A DNA stretch of 33,478 nt, from the IMG/VR virus record IMGVR_UViG_3300020294_000017, positions 1 through 33,478 of that record, one strand, 5' to 3'. This stretch comes from a virus (taxonomy: Duplodnaviria > Caudoviricetes). The notes below the pieces were generated by a model. That model was not told the DNA's origin and ran no database searches. It saw nothing but the letters and a program-made list of their open reading frames with translations. This document shows positions 1 to 8,609 of this stretch, piece by piece (the first letter of the stretch is position 1; each line of letters begins with the position of its first letter). The position numbers and the translations under genes were made by a program.

Positions 1-396
1 GCAATTGATCCATTCGATTTCTGGCAAGGTGCTAACTTCAAGTTGAAGGCAAAGAACGTTGCTGGTTATAGAAACTACGACTCTTCTGAGTTCGCTGCCA
101 CTAGTGCTTTACTAGATGATGACGATGCTATGGAAGCAATCTGGAAGAAGGAGTATTCCTTAGCAGAATTAGTTGCTAATGATCAGTTCAAATCTTATGA
201 TGAACTCAAGACTCGTCTTGGTTATGTTCTTGGTAACAAGCCAGTTCGTAATGATGCTGAAACTGTAGAGCAAGAAGTTGAAGATGTGAGAGCATCTGCT
301 CCTGTTGCTGAGACAGTAGAATCTGTATCTAAAGCATCTGCTTCAGATGATGACGATGATACATTATCATACTTTGCTAAACTAGCGGAAAGTTAA
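1..396 (+). CDS. gp32: Single-stranded DNA-binding protein, 3' part (5'-truncated by window)
   Basis: Frame is open from base 1: AIDPFDFWQGANFKLKAKNVAGYRNYDSSEF...FKSYDELK, ending in the acidic tail DDDDDTLSYFAKLAES typical of T4-like gp32. Confidence 0.93.
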   Translation, partial: AIDPFDFWQGANFKLKAKNVAGYRNYDSSEFAATSALLDDDDAMEAIWKKEYSLAELVANDQFKSYDELKTRLGYVLGNKPVRNDAETVEQEVEDVRASAPVAETVESVSKASASDDDDDTLSYFAKLAES

Positions 397-536
397 TGAA
401 AATCAAGCCTCTTAAACATTGTCGATTATCCCAGATGAAGTTTTTCTACTGGGATCCTAAAGATGATCCAAGAGAGCCTGAATACTGGGAAGACTCACCT
501 TCGGGTGGGTCTTTTTTTATGTTTATAAATATATGA
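396..536 (+). CDS. Small hypothetical ORF (46 aa, MKIKPLKHCRLSQMKFFYWDPKDDPREPEYW...)
   Basis: ATG overlaps the gp32 stop (TAATG), suggesting translational coupling. Not in the ORF track. Its 3' end runs through a terminator hairpin. Confidence 0.45.
   Translation: MKIKPLKHCRLSQMKFFYWDPKDDPREPEYWEDSPSGGSFFMFINI
491..518 (+). terminator. Rho-independent terminator with C(UUCG)G tetraloop
   Basis: AGACTCACC-TTCG-GGTGGGTCT 9-bp stem (one G:U) followed by a T-run; UUCG hairpins are typical of T4-like terminators. Confidence 0.9.
524..531 (+). promoter_or_regulatory. T4-type late promoter TATAAATA
   Basis: Exact gp55 consensus just after the terminator and 26 nt before the ATG at 558. Confidence 0.8.
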
Positions 537-557
537 AGTACCTCTTTTATATTCAAA

Positions 558-2129
558 ATGGGAAGATATGTTGGGTTGACCAATAATAGGGGAAAAGGTG
601 GAGGTGGTCTTGGACCAGTTAAACCATATACCAGATCAACTGGAATTTCAACTAATACTGAGAACAATGTAACTGAGGTTATATTGGATGATGTTGAGTA
701 TACTGCTATGCAGTATGATTCTGTTGGATTAGTTACTGGATATAACGAAAATTTTGGTGGTAGTAAGAAAGGTTGGGTTTGTACATATACATCACAAGGA
801 TTAATCAATACAGTTGTTGAAAGAGTACCTCCACATTATGATCCAAGATACAGTATAACACCTAGTGTTACTTCTGTAGATGAAGGTAGTCCTGTAACAT
901 TTAATATAAGTACTGTAGATATTGTAGATGGTACAACTGTTTATTATAGTTTGGTAGGAGTATCAACTAATGCATTAACTGGAGATTTTTCTTCATTAAC
1001 TGGAGATTTTACAGTTAATAGTAGTGTTGGTGTTGTTACTGCCACACCACTAGCAGATACTGCTACGGAAGGAACTGAAACATTTAAACTTACTCTTTAT
1101 TCTGATGCAGGTAGAACTTTAGAACTTAAGAGTAGTGCTACAATAACAATTAATGATACAAGTATTTCAACCGTAAATAATGTAGCATTCTATACTCCAG
1201 GAACTACTAGTTGGGTTTGTCCTGCAGCTGTTACTGAAGCGAGAGTTATTGTCATTGGCGGTGGCGGATCAGGTGGCGGATCAGGTGGTGGTGCTGGAGG
1301 TGGTGCTGCTCTGAAGAAATATACTAATTTATCGCCAGGTACAACATATTCATTGACTGTTGGTGCTGGTGGAGCAAGACTTAATAGTAGTAATGGAAAT
1401 AATGGAGGCACTAGTGAATTCCAAGGTCCAGGTGTCACAGTATCAGCAACTGGTGGTGCTGGTTGGGGTAATGGTGGAAACAGTGGTCAATATGGAGGTG
1501 GCGGTGGTCAAGGTAGTAATGGTGATATAAACGGTACTGGTGGTAATGGATCACCTTATGATAATAATCCAGTATCAGCGTATGGATATTCAACGAATCC
1601 ACAAGGTGCTGGCACTAATGGCGGTGCTGGTGGTGGAGGCGGTGGTGCTGATAATGGTGACGCTATTAATGGTGGTGCAGGAAGTGAATTCGCTGGCGGT
1701 GGCGGTGGCGGTGGATCAGATAATGGTCAAGGTGGTGATGGTGGTCAAGGTGGACCTTTAAGAATTAAAGAATTTATTACTGCTGGAAAAGCAAGAGGAT
1801 TTGGTGGAGGTGGTGGAGGTACTGACGGTACTAACGCTGGTGTATTTGGTGGTCCTGGTGGAGCTGCAGATGGTCAGGTAGGACAAGGATATGGTGATGG
1901 AACCAATGATAATGATGGTGGAGATGGTGGTGGACCATCTGTTAACCGTGGTGAAAAGGGTCTAGGACAAGGACAAAACGCTGGTGGTGGAGGCGGTGGA
2001 GCCTTCGGTGGCGGTGGCGGTGGAGCTGGTCACAATGATTCAAATAATGTTATGGGTGCTGGTGCTGGTGGATTAGTATACATTACATATGGTACTGGAA
2101 TTCCTTCAACTTATAGTGAGGAAAATTAA
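558..2129 (+). CDS. Modular putative virion protein 1: shared N-terminal domain + Calx-beta/Ig-like domain + glycine-rich C-terminal domain
   Basis: First ~202 aa are paralogous to the next two ORFs (SVDEGS.VTFNI...TEGTETFKL...TINDTS). C-terminus is poly-Gly rich (RVIVIGGGGSGG...GAGGLVYITY). Confidence 0.75.
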   Translation: MGRYVGLTNNRGKGGGGLGPVKPYTRSTGISTNTENNVTEVILDDVEYTAMQYDSVGLVTGYNENFGGSKKGWVCTYTSQGLINTVVERVPPHYDPRYSITPSVTSVDEGSPVTFNISTVDIVDGTTVYYSLVGVSTNALTGDFSSLTGDFTVNSSVGVVTATPLADTATEGTETFKLTLYSDAGRTLELKSSATITINDTSISTVNNVAFYTPGTTSWVCPAAVTEARVIVIGGGGSGGGSGGGAGGGAALKKYTNLSPGTTYSLTVGAGGARLNSSNGNNGGTSEFQGPGVTVSATGGAGWGNGGNSGQYGGGGGQGSNGDINGTGGNGSPYDNNPVSAYGYSTNPQGAGTNGGAGGGGGGADNGDAINGGAGSEFAGGGGGGGSDNGQGGDGGQGGPLRIKEFITAGKARGFGGGGGGTDGTNAGVFGGPGGAADGQVGQGYGDGTNDNDGGDGGGPSVNRGEKGLGQGQNAGGGGGGAFGGGGGGAGHNDSNNVMGAGAGGLVYITYGTGIPSTYSEEN

Positions 2130-3311
2130 ATGGGAAGATTTATTGGTTCAAGTTTAAACAGAGGAAAAGGTGGTGGTGGTGGACTAGGTCCAACTGAACC
2201 TTATGACAGAAGTGTTGGTTTTAGCACAGATGGTAATAATAATGTTAAAAAGATTGAGTTAGGTGACTTTAAGTATACTGATGTTCAATACAACAATGTT
2301 GGATTAATTACTGGATATAATGAAACATTTGGTGGATCCACCAAAGGATGGTTATTAAGTTATGACTCTCAGAATTTAATTGATGATGTTGCTGAAAGAT
2401 CAGTCCCACATCCACCTGGACCAGAAGCTACTGTAACAAGTTCTGCTACTAATGTTAATGAGGGATCTACTTTAACTATAACTGCAAATACTACTAATTT
2501 TGATAGTGGAACTCTTTATTGGAAAGCTATTGGAATATCAACCAGTTCTCTGGCAACAGACTTTCCATCCGAGACTGGTAGTTTCACCATAACTTCCAGT
2601 ACAGGAAGTTTTACCTTAACACCAACTGAAGATTCTAGTGTATCTGAAGGTGCTGAAACATTTAAAGTTTCAGTTTATACTGATTCTGGTCATATTAATG
2701 ATATTGGATCTACTCCCACATTAACTATTAATGATACGTCAGTTGAATCGTATGATTATAGTTTTACTAATGAAGTTCACTATGGTCAATATGGAACTCG
2801 GACCGAACACTACTCTGGTGATGGTACTATGCCTTCTATGTCTTTAGGCAATCCAGTTTATAATTGGGACATGTACTTTGAGTCTTATCAGACTTCTAAT
2901 GATCAAAACTCAAGTAGCAACCATTGGGTAATATGTAATAATGGATATAGTGATAATAATGGATGGTTAATGGGATGGTATAATAATAATGTTACTGGAG
3001 AAGTTTCAATTGCTCACCCAAGTGGTGGATATGCAATATATCCTAGTTACGCACTTCCAATAAACCAGTGGAATTGGGTAAAGATTGAATGGCGTGGTGG
3101 TAGCACATTTAAACTTTATCAAAAAAGTAGTCAAAATGGTAGTTGGAATCAGAGAATAAATTGGACTAGTAACATATATAATGGCACTGAGTGGGACTTT
3201 GTTTCTATAGGTCAAGGTAGAAGTGGTACAAACGGTGGATTTAGTTCTCAATTCCACGGTAAGATTAAAAACTTTAGATTGAATGTTAATAGTAATGTTA
3301 GTAACTTATAA
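2130..3311 (+). CDS. Modular putative virion protein 2: shared N-terminal + Ig-like domain + probable LamG/ConA-like lectin C-terminus
   Basis: Paralogous N-terminus. C-terminus has PINQWNWVKIEW...FKLY...SIGQG...FHGKIKNFRL, resembling LamG-type jelly rolls. Confidence 0.7.
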   Translation: MGRFIGSSLNRGKGGGGGLGPTEPYDRSVGFSTDGNNNVKKIELGDFKYTDVQYNNVGLITGYNETFGGSTKGWLLSYDSQNLIDDVAERSVPHPPGPEATVTSSATNVNEGSTLTITANTTNFDSGTLYWKAIGISTSSLATDFPSETGSFTITSSTGSFTLTPTEDSSVSEGAETFKVSVYTDSGHINDIGSTPTLTINDTSVESYDYSFTNEVHYGQYGTRTEHYSGDGTMPSMSLGNPVYNWDMYFESYQTSNDQNSSSNHWVICNNGYSDNNGWLMGWYNNNVTGEVSIAHPSGGYAIYPSYALPINQWNWVKIEWRGGSTFKLYQKSSQNGSWNQRINWTSNIYNGTEWDFVSIGQGRSGTNGGFSSQFHGKIKNFRLNVNSNVSNL

Positions 3312-3325
3312 AATTGATAAATTCT

Positions 3326-3333
3326 TATAAATA
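3326..3333 (+). promoter_or_regulatory. T4-type late promoter TATAAATA
   Basis: Exact consensus in the intergenic gap, 22 nt upstream of the ATG at 3356. Confidence 0.75.
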
Positions 3334-3355
3334 AATCGGAAGGTATTAAGAAAAC

Positions 3356-4834
3356 ATGGGAAGGTACGTAGGAGTCAGTGTCAATAAAGGAAAAGGTGGA
3401 GGTGGTCTTGGACCTACTGTACCTTATAGTAGAACTACTGGAATTAGAACAGACTCTTCTAATAACGTTACCAAAGTAATTCTAGACTCAACAACATATA
3501 GAGATATTTCTTATAATAATGTTGGATTAATTACTGGTTTTAATGAAATAATTGGTGGTGGAACAAAAGGATGGATCATGGAATATGATTCCCAAAATCT
3601 TGTAAGCAACGTTATTGAAAGATCAACCGCACACGCACCTTTCGCAGAGGCTACTATAACACCTAGTAGTACTAGTGTAGATGAAGGTTCTTCTGTAACA
3701 TTTAATATAACAACAGCAAATGTAGCAGAGTCTACAACTCTTTATTGGGGTCTTGTAGGAGTATCAACTTCTACTAGTGCTTCTGACTTTAGTACCTCAT
3801 TGACTGGAGATTTTGTTGTTACTGGTTCTGCAGGTGTTGCTACATGTACGACAGCATCAGACGCAACCACGGAAGGAGCAGAAACATATAAACTTCAAGT
3901 TTATACTGATTCTGCCAGAACTAAAGATATTGGAGCAAGTGCTGCTGTAACTATTAATGATACTAGTGTGGAAGTATTAACACCTCGTTATACGGCAGAT
4001 GGAGTATCTTATTATATTGCTAATAATAATGGTACTTGGAATGGTGTAAAAGTTTGGTATGGATATTCCAATAATCATAGTTTCAGTGCTAGTGAAACTC
4101 CAACTGTGGATGACATGGGTCCTTACGTTAATGAAGCATCTCAGAATGATAAATGGTATATTGGTGTAAACTTTGGTGGAAGTGCTGTTCCATCTAGATG
4201 GAATCAGACGCATGGAATATATACTTATCAGAAAGCAGAAAGTCCAGGTGGTGGTTATAACTTTACCTTTGGTAATTCCAATACGGGTGGACCTCATACA
4301 TCAAGGTTTTATAGTGTTCGTGGTTCCTCAACACAGGTTAGTGGAACTAGTGCTGGAATTGTGACTACCAATTATAATGATTTTGAGTTTGATGCTACTA
4401 CATGGACTAATGAATATGGTGATGGTTTCGCATCATTCTATTCAGATAGTAACAGTAGTAATCACAAATATCCAAATATTATCGATACAATAACAGCTGC
4501 TACACCAAACTGGAATGACCAAGGACATGGTAGTGGAGACAGTGATGGAGGTAATATAATTTGGAGACCACCTGCAAGAACAAAAGAAGTATTACTGTGT
4601 GTTGGTAATCATCATTCTAACAACCCATGTAACCTGACATGTTGGGACAATAATACAGGGTCAGTAAAATGGCAAACACGGTATGGAAAACCTTCAAGTT
4701 TCAGTAGAGGTGGAAATGCTGTTAATGAAAACTATACTTATACTGTTATAGCAGAGCATACTGATGGGTTTATCTACTTTAACGGTGATCACGGTGGAAC
4801 TGTTGCTGGAGCATTCTATTACATGTATAGGTAA
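3356..4834 (+). CDS. Modular putative virion protein 3: shared N-terminal + Ig-like domain + unrecognised aromatic/Asn/Gly-rich C-terminus
   Basis: Paralogous first ~204 aa; C-terminus unrelated to the other two. Confidence 0.7.
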   Translation: MGRYVGVSVNKGKGGGGLGPTVPYSRTTGIRTDSSNNVTKVILDSTTYRDISYNNVGLITGFNEIIGGGTKGWIMEYDSQNLVSNVIERSTAHAPFAEATITPSSTSVDEGSSVTFNITTANVAESTTLYWGLVGVSTSTSASDFSTSLTGDFVVTGSAGVATCTTASDATTEGAETYKLQVYTDSARTKDIGASAAVTINDTSVEVLTPRYTADGVSYYIANNNGTWNGVKVWYGYSNNHSFSASETPTVDDMGPYVNEASQNDKWYIGVNFGGSAVPSRWNQTHGIYTYQKAESPGGGYNFTFGNSNTGGPHTSRFYSVRGSSTQVSGTSAGIVTTNYNDFEFDATTWTNEYGDGFASFYSDSNSSNHKYPNIIDTITAATPNWNDQGHGSGDSDGGNIIWRPPARTKEVLLCVGNHHSNNPCNLTCWDNNTGSVKWQTRYGKPSSFSRGGNAVNENYTYTVIAEHTDGFIYFNGDHGGTVAGAFYYMYR

Positions 4835-4844
4835 TAGAATGTTT

Positions 4845-5576
4845 TTATGATACTAAATTATTATTTTCTGTTGTTATTAAGGTTTTACTAATATATTGTG
4901 AATTTCTATCATACTTCATAATTCTAGTAAAGTCTTCTAAAAATTTATTTAAATATGTTCTCTTTAAGACGCTTATGCGTCTTTTTTTATTGTTTTCCAT
5001 TACTTCATATTGCCAATTACTTATTGCTACACCGATAGTATTGATTAGATCACTAGGATTTCCACCTAATCTTTCTTGATTTAGATTTATTGCAGTTCCA
5101 GAAGGTCTAATTGCCTTCCATGCAGTTCCAACTGGATATTGTTTACCTGGACCATCTATTTCAAAGTCTCCATTCACAACTAATCCATCTTCTAATATTA
5201 GTCTATTTTTACTATCTCTAACTTCTACTGTTTGATAATGGTGAAGTGCATTTATCTCAGAACCATATTTATCATGAGAATAGTTATATAAGTCATATTC
5301 TGATAATGGCCATTGATTTCTTATATTTGTTATATTTGCTGATAATATAACAACAAAATCTAACTCAGAATTTCCATAAAGATCTTTTGCTACTGTGTCT
5401 GGTCTATCTCCTTGATATATTTCATATTTGTCAAATAATAAAATATTATCTTCTAACTCATCAAGTATTTTAATTTTTCTGAATATATTTTTAGCAACAA
5501 TATATTCGTTGGATGCTTTCTTTTCTGATAGAAAAGAGGGTACTGCTACGTTTGGTATGTAATTAAAATATCCCAT
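4845..5576 (-). CDS. gp53: Baseplate wedge subunit
   Basis: KNIFRK...Y.IYQGDRPDTVAKDLYGNSELDFVVILSANITNIRNQWPLS...LHHYQT motif; adjacent to gp48. Confidence 0.85.
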   Translation of the reverse strand: MGYFNYIPNVAVPSFLSEKKASNEYIVAKNIFRKIKILDELEDNILLFDKYEIYQGDRPDTVAKDLYGNSELDFVVILSANITNIRNQWPLSEYDLYNYSHDKYGSEINALHHYQTVEVRDSKNRLILEDGLVVNGDFEIDGPGKQYPVGTAWKAIRPSGTAINLNQERLGGNPSDLINTIGVAISNWQYEVMENNKKRRISVLKRTYLNKFLEDFTRIMKYDRNSQYISKTLITTENNNLVS

Positions 5577-5577
5577 T

Positions 5578-6774
5578 TTAATATCCTACTCCTGGTCCTG
5601 CAAGTCCTTGTTCATCATCTTCATAATCTTCAGCATATATTGGATTAATTTCTTTAAATACCATTCTCATTTGTATATTTGTTGGTGTTGAATCTCCATA
5701 GGTTGAATATGTTCCTGATCCAGTGTAATTAACATTTAATTGAGTTAAGGCACATGGTTTAAATGCATTTAAAAATGGGTGATCTTCTCCATTTTTTAGA
5801 TATCTTAGTAAAAATAATGATGGTGCTGCTAAAAAGTATTTTCCTTGAGATGATGCGTCAGATGCGTTACCAGAACTTTTACGTGCTGACATTGCTTGTT
5901 TTAGGTTTCTAATTATATTTTTTACAACCTGTGCTTCTTTTGGATCTCTAGGTGCAAATGTTACATCGAAAGGGAATGATCTTAATTGTACACCTCTGAA
6001 TAGAAGTTCTAGGTTAGAGTTTAAAACTTGTCCTGTTGATCTTGATAGTACTGAATTTACATCTAAGTTTGATCCCAAAGCATTAACTGCCATTCCAGAA
6101 GCAGCAGCAACTACAGCATTTTGAACTCTTTCTTCACTTAGTCCGAGATTCATTCTACCTGTTAATGCTTGTATTGTTCGCATTCCCCTCTGCATGCTGT
6201 CTCTGGAGAGTCCTCCATTATTTAAAACTGCTGAACCAACTGCTAGTCCTGCTAATTCAAAAATATTAACTGTTTCATCACCCCAAGTTACAGCTTGATT
6301 ATCATTTATTTGCTGTGGTATTGGTAGTTCTACAAAAAAGTTATGTTTTATTTTTGTTCCTGGTTTCGTAATTTCGTCTGTTCTAGAATTATTCTGAAAT
6401 ATAAATTCAGCATTTTTTATTTCTTCTTTGAAGCTCTTTACACCTTTATATGTTTCTGAAACCTTTACTCCGTTTTCTACATCATTACTTGCTAGACCTT
6501 TTTTAATTTGTGCCTCGGATGGAGCATTAATATCTACAAGACCACCAGTAGTTTTATCAACAAAAGTACCACCCAGTCCACCCATTCCTGGTGGGCTTAT
6601 ATAATCAATACATTTTATCATAAAACTATCTTCATATTCTCTTATATCTCTAGCGGAAGGATATATAAAAACGTTTGATTTTTTATGTCTGGAAGATTTT
6701 TTTGGAATAGTATTTTTTGAAGCAGTTTGATTCTCAACTTCTTTTACTAAATCACTGGAACTTAGTGTTGCCAT
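5578..6774 (-). CDS. gp48: Baseplate tail-tube cap
   Basis: LPIPQQIND...W; NSNLELLFRGVQLRSFPFDVTFAPRDPKEA...FKPCALTQLNVNYTG...M.FKEINPIY tube-fold motifs. Confidence 0.85.
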   Translation of the reverse strand: MATLSSSDLVKEVENQTASKNTIPKKSSRHKKSNVFIYPSARDIREYEDSFMIKCIDYISPPGMGGLGGTFVDKTTGGLVDINAPSEAQIKKGLASNDVENGVKVSETYKGVKSFKEEIKNAEFIFQNNSRTDEITKPGTKIKHNFFVELPIPQQINDNQAVTWGDETVNIFELAGLAVGSAVLNNGGLSRDSMQRGMRTIQALTGRMNLGLSEERVQNAVVAAASGMAVNALGSNLDVNSVLSRSTGQVLNSNLELLFRGVQLRSFPFDVTFAPRDPKEAQVVKNIIRNLKQAMSARKSSGNASDASSQGKYFLAAPSLFLLRYLKNGEDHPFLNAFKPCALTQLNVNYTGSGTYSTYGDSTPTNIQMRMVFKEINPIYAEDYEDDEQGLAGPGVGY

Positions 6775-6801
6775 TATGGTTTTCTATACACCATCGTAAC
6801 T

Positions 6802-7224
6802 CTATTTAGACAGAATTTTTTGATATGGTATTGTTCTTGCTGCTCTTAATTCTATTGGTCTTATATTATACAGTCCTCCCATTATCTCATCCCATGTATA
6901 TTGTTTAATTTCACCCCAATGATAATTTAATCCACGAAACCCCCAATCAAATACATCAAATACTGCTACCAATGGATGTTGATCATATTGAATGAGTGGT
7001 GTTTTTGCAAAGTAAATGAAAGTATAATATTTACCTACTTGAACTCCTCTAGGATCTTCCTCTTCTAAAACATCTCTAATACTGATCATAAGATCATCAG
7101 GATCCTCAGTTCCAATTAGATCTTTAAGAACTGGTGCTAATCTAATTCCTTCTTTGGCATCAATTTTTGCCTTTTCTTCTTCATAAGAAAGACCACCAGT
7201 TCTTCGTTTAGCTCTTCTTGCCAT
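6802..7224 (-). CDS. gp2-like (DNA end protector-like) protein
   Basis: GKYYTFIYFAKTPLIQYDQHPLV.V...WGFRGLNYHW resembles the gp2 core; lies next to gp4 as in T4-like phages. Confidence 0.55.
   Translation of the reverse strand: MARRAKRRTGGLSYEEEKAKIDAKEGIRLAPVLKDLIGTEDPDDLMISIRDVLEEEDPRGVQVGKYYTFIYFAKTPLIQYDQHPLVAVFDVFDWGFRGLNYHWGEIKQYTWDEIMGGLYNIRPIELRAARTIPYQKILSK
6803..6809 (-). promoter_or_regulatory. Late promoter variant CTAAATA (minus strand) for gp48-gp53
   Basis: TATTTAG on + strand, overlapping the upstream gene's stop, 28 nt before the gp48 ATG. The same motif recurs before other late genes. Confidence 0.6.
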
Positions 7225-7661
7225 TATTTTATACCTAGTTCTTTTTCTGTAACGACTTTAAATTCCCAACCTCTATCAGCACAATATTCTCTTGCCTCCT
7301 TCCATTTTGTTTGATTTATAGCGTATGTATATGCTTCTTTTATATAACCTGGTGTTTGTCGTTTTGGTTTTTTAGGTGGATTACACTGCTTTAGTGGTTT
7401 TACTTCAATAACATATTTTTTTACATTACCATCAGTTTCTTTTACTTTCATATAGAAATCTGGAAAGTATCTATGAGATTTTCCATCAGCAGGAGATCTA
7501 TATTTAATCGCAATTTCTTCACTATTCCATTCTAATACATTAGCATTAGAATCACAGTAAACCATGAACTTTCTTTCCCATAATGATCTAAAAGTTATAC
7601 TTGTTGGATCACCTTTATACTTATGAGGAAATTTTGGAGAATATTTTCCTTTATAAGCCAT
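7224..7661 (-). CDS. gp4: Head completion nuclease
   Basis: KYKGDP..I.FRSLWERKFMVYCD...W.SEE...HRYFPDF...IEVKP..Q...NQ.KW..A..YC..RGW.F...TE signature. Confidence 0.92.
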   Translation of the reverse strand: MAYKGKYSPKFPHKYKGDPTSITFRSLWERKFMVYCDSNANVLEWNSEEIAIKYRSPADGKSHRYFPDFYMKVKETDGNVKKYVIEVKPLKQCNPPKKPKRQTPGYIKEAYTYAINQTKWKEAREYCADRGWEFKVVTEKELGIK

Positions 7662-7695
7662 CTAAATAGAATTATAATGTATAAAAGTATTTAGA
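7661..7695. promoter_or_regulatory. Pair of face-to-face late promoters (CTAAATA on + at 7662-7668 and on - at 7694-7688) serving divergent genes
   Basis: TCTAAATA...TATTTAGA 8-bp inverted repeat bounds the 34-bp gap between the gp4 ATG (-) and the gp54-like GTG (+). Confidence 0.65.
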
Positions 7696-8562
7696 GTGCC
7701 AGCTCCCAGACCAAAGACAATATCTCGAATTTTACCGAAATTTCAGAATGTTGCTCAAACTTCTCATTATTTGGTTAAGTTTGGATTACCACCGCATTAT
7801 AATAATGATGGATATTCTTTAGCGGATCATCTTAGAAATAAAGGTGTCGATTTTAGATTTGATGGTGAAGATATAGGATTACTTTGTAGTACTGCTGTTT
7901 TACCAGGTAGTGCTATGGCAACATCAGATGTTGTTGGTAATTATCAAGGTGTTGTTGAAAGATTTGCTCATACTAGAAATTTTACTCAAATATCTTTAGA
8001 GTTTTATGTTGATAATGAATATAAGTCACTTAAATTTTTAGAACATTGGATGGAATATATTTCTGGTGCAAATCCAGGTGATCCTAAACAACCCACTAGT
8101 TATCATTTTAAAATGAGATATCCAAGTCTCTATAAATCTAATGAAACTAGGATAGTTAAATTTGAAAAGAATTATAGACAGTTCTTAGAATATAAGTTTA
8201 TTGGTTTATTTCCACTATCCTTAAATTCTACAAGAGTTGCATATCAAAATTCACAAGTATTAAAAGCTACTTGTAATTTTAGTTATGATCGTTATATGTG
8301 TGGTGAAACAACCAGTGTTTCTGAAGAGCAAGGAACAGATCTTAACAATAATCCTATAAATGTTTATAATCGACAAGATTATGATTTACCTGCTGTTATA
8401 AGAAGTCAGGCAAAAGGTGGAAATATTAAGGTTCTTAATACAGCTTTTGGATCAATTAATTTAAATAAACCAGCATCTAAAACAACTCTTAGCACTGGTT
8501 TTGATGGTGTTCTTGGTGATTTTCCAAATCAGGAGGTCAGAGAACGTAATTACTATGGATAA
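7696..8562 (+). CDS. Tail tube-fold protein (gp54/gp19-like tube initiator)
   Basis: LLCSTAVLPGS...R.FTQISLEFYVDNEY..LKFLEHWMEYI...Y.FIGLFP.SL....V.Y.....LK.TC.FSYDRY; GTG start. Confidence 0.7.
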   Translation: MPAPRPKTISRILPKFQNVAQTSHYLVKFGLPPHYNNDGYSLADHLRNKGVDFRFDGEDIGLLCSTAVLPGSAMATSDVVGNYQGVVERFAHTRNFTQISLEFYVDNEYKSLKFLEHWMEYISGANPGDPKQPTSYHFKMRYPSLYKSNETRIVKFEKNYRQFLEYKFIGLFPLSLNSTRVAYQNSQVLKATCNFSYDRYMCGETTSVSEEQGTDLNNNPINVYNRQDYDLPAVIRSQAKGGNIKVLNTAFGSINLNKPASKTTLSTGFDGVLGDFPNQEVRERNYYG

Positions 8563-8565
8563 ATC

Positions 8566-8572
8566 CTAAATA
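8566..8572 (+). promoter_or_regulatory. Probable late promoter CTAAATA upstream of gp26
   Basis: Motif in the intergenic gap; a TATAAAT near-match also at 8582-8588. Confidence 0.5.
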
Positions 8573-8609
8573 ACCTACCTATATAAATTACGACTTGTTA
8601 TAGTTTATT

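Noticed and set aside
446-808. Minus-strand 120-aa ORF and other short nested ORFs (e.g. 8999-9337, 17505-17822, 19098-19550, 28553-32419)
   Set aside because: They overlap well-supported genes, mostly antisense, and show no recognisable motifs.
558-4834. Diversity-generating retroelement or invertase shufflon behind the variable C-termini
   Set aside because: No reverse transcriptase or recombinase in the window, no adenine-only-mismatch repeat pair noticed, and all three genes are complete and co-oriented.
4835-4844. Expected bidirectional terminator between convergent genes
   Set aside because: Only a 10-nt gap with no convincing hairpin; not called.
7224-7661. TnsA-like nuclease as a sign of a transposon
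   Set aside because: It is the core T4-like gp4 head completion protein in its usual context.
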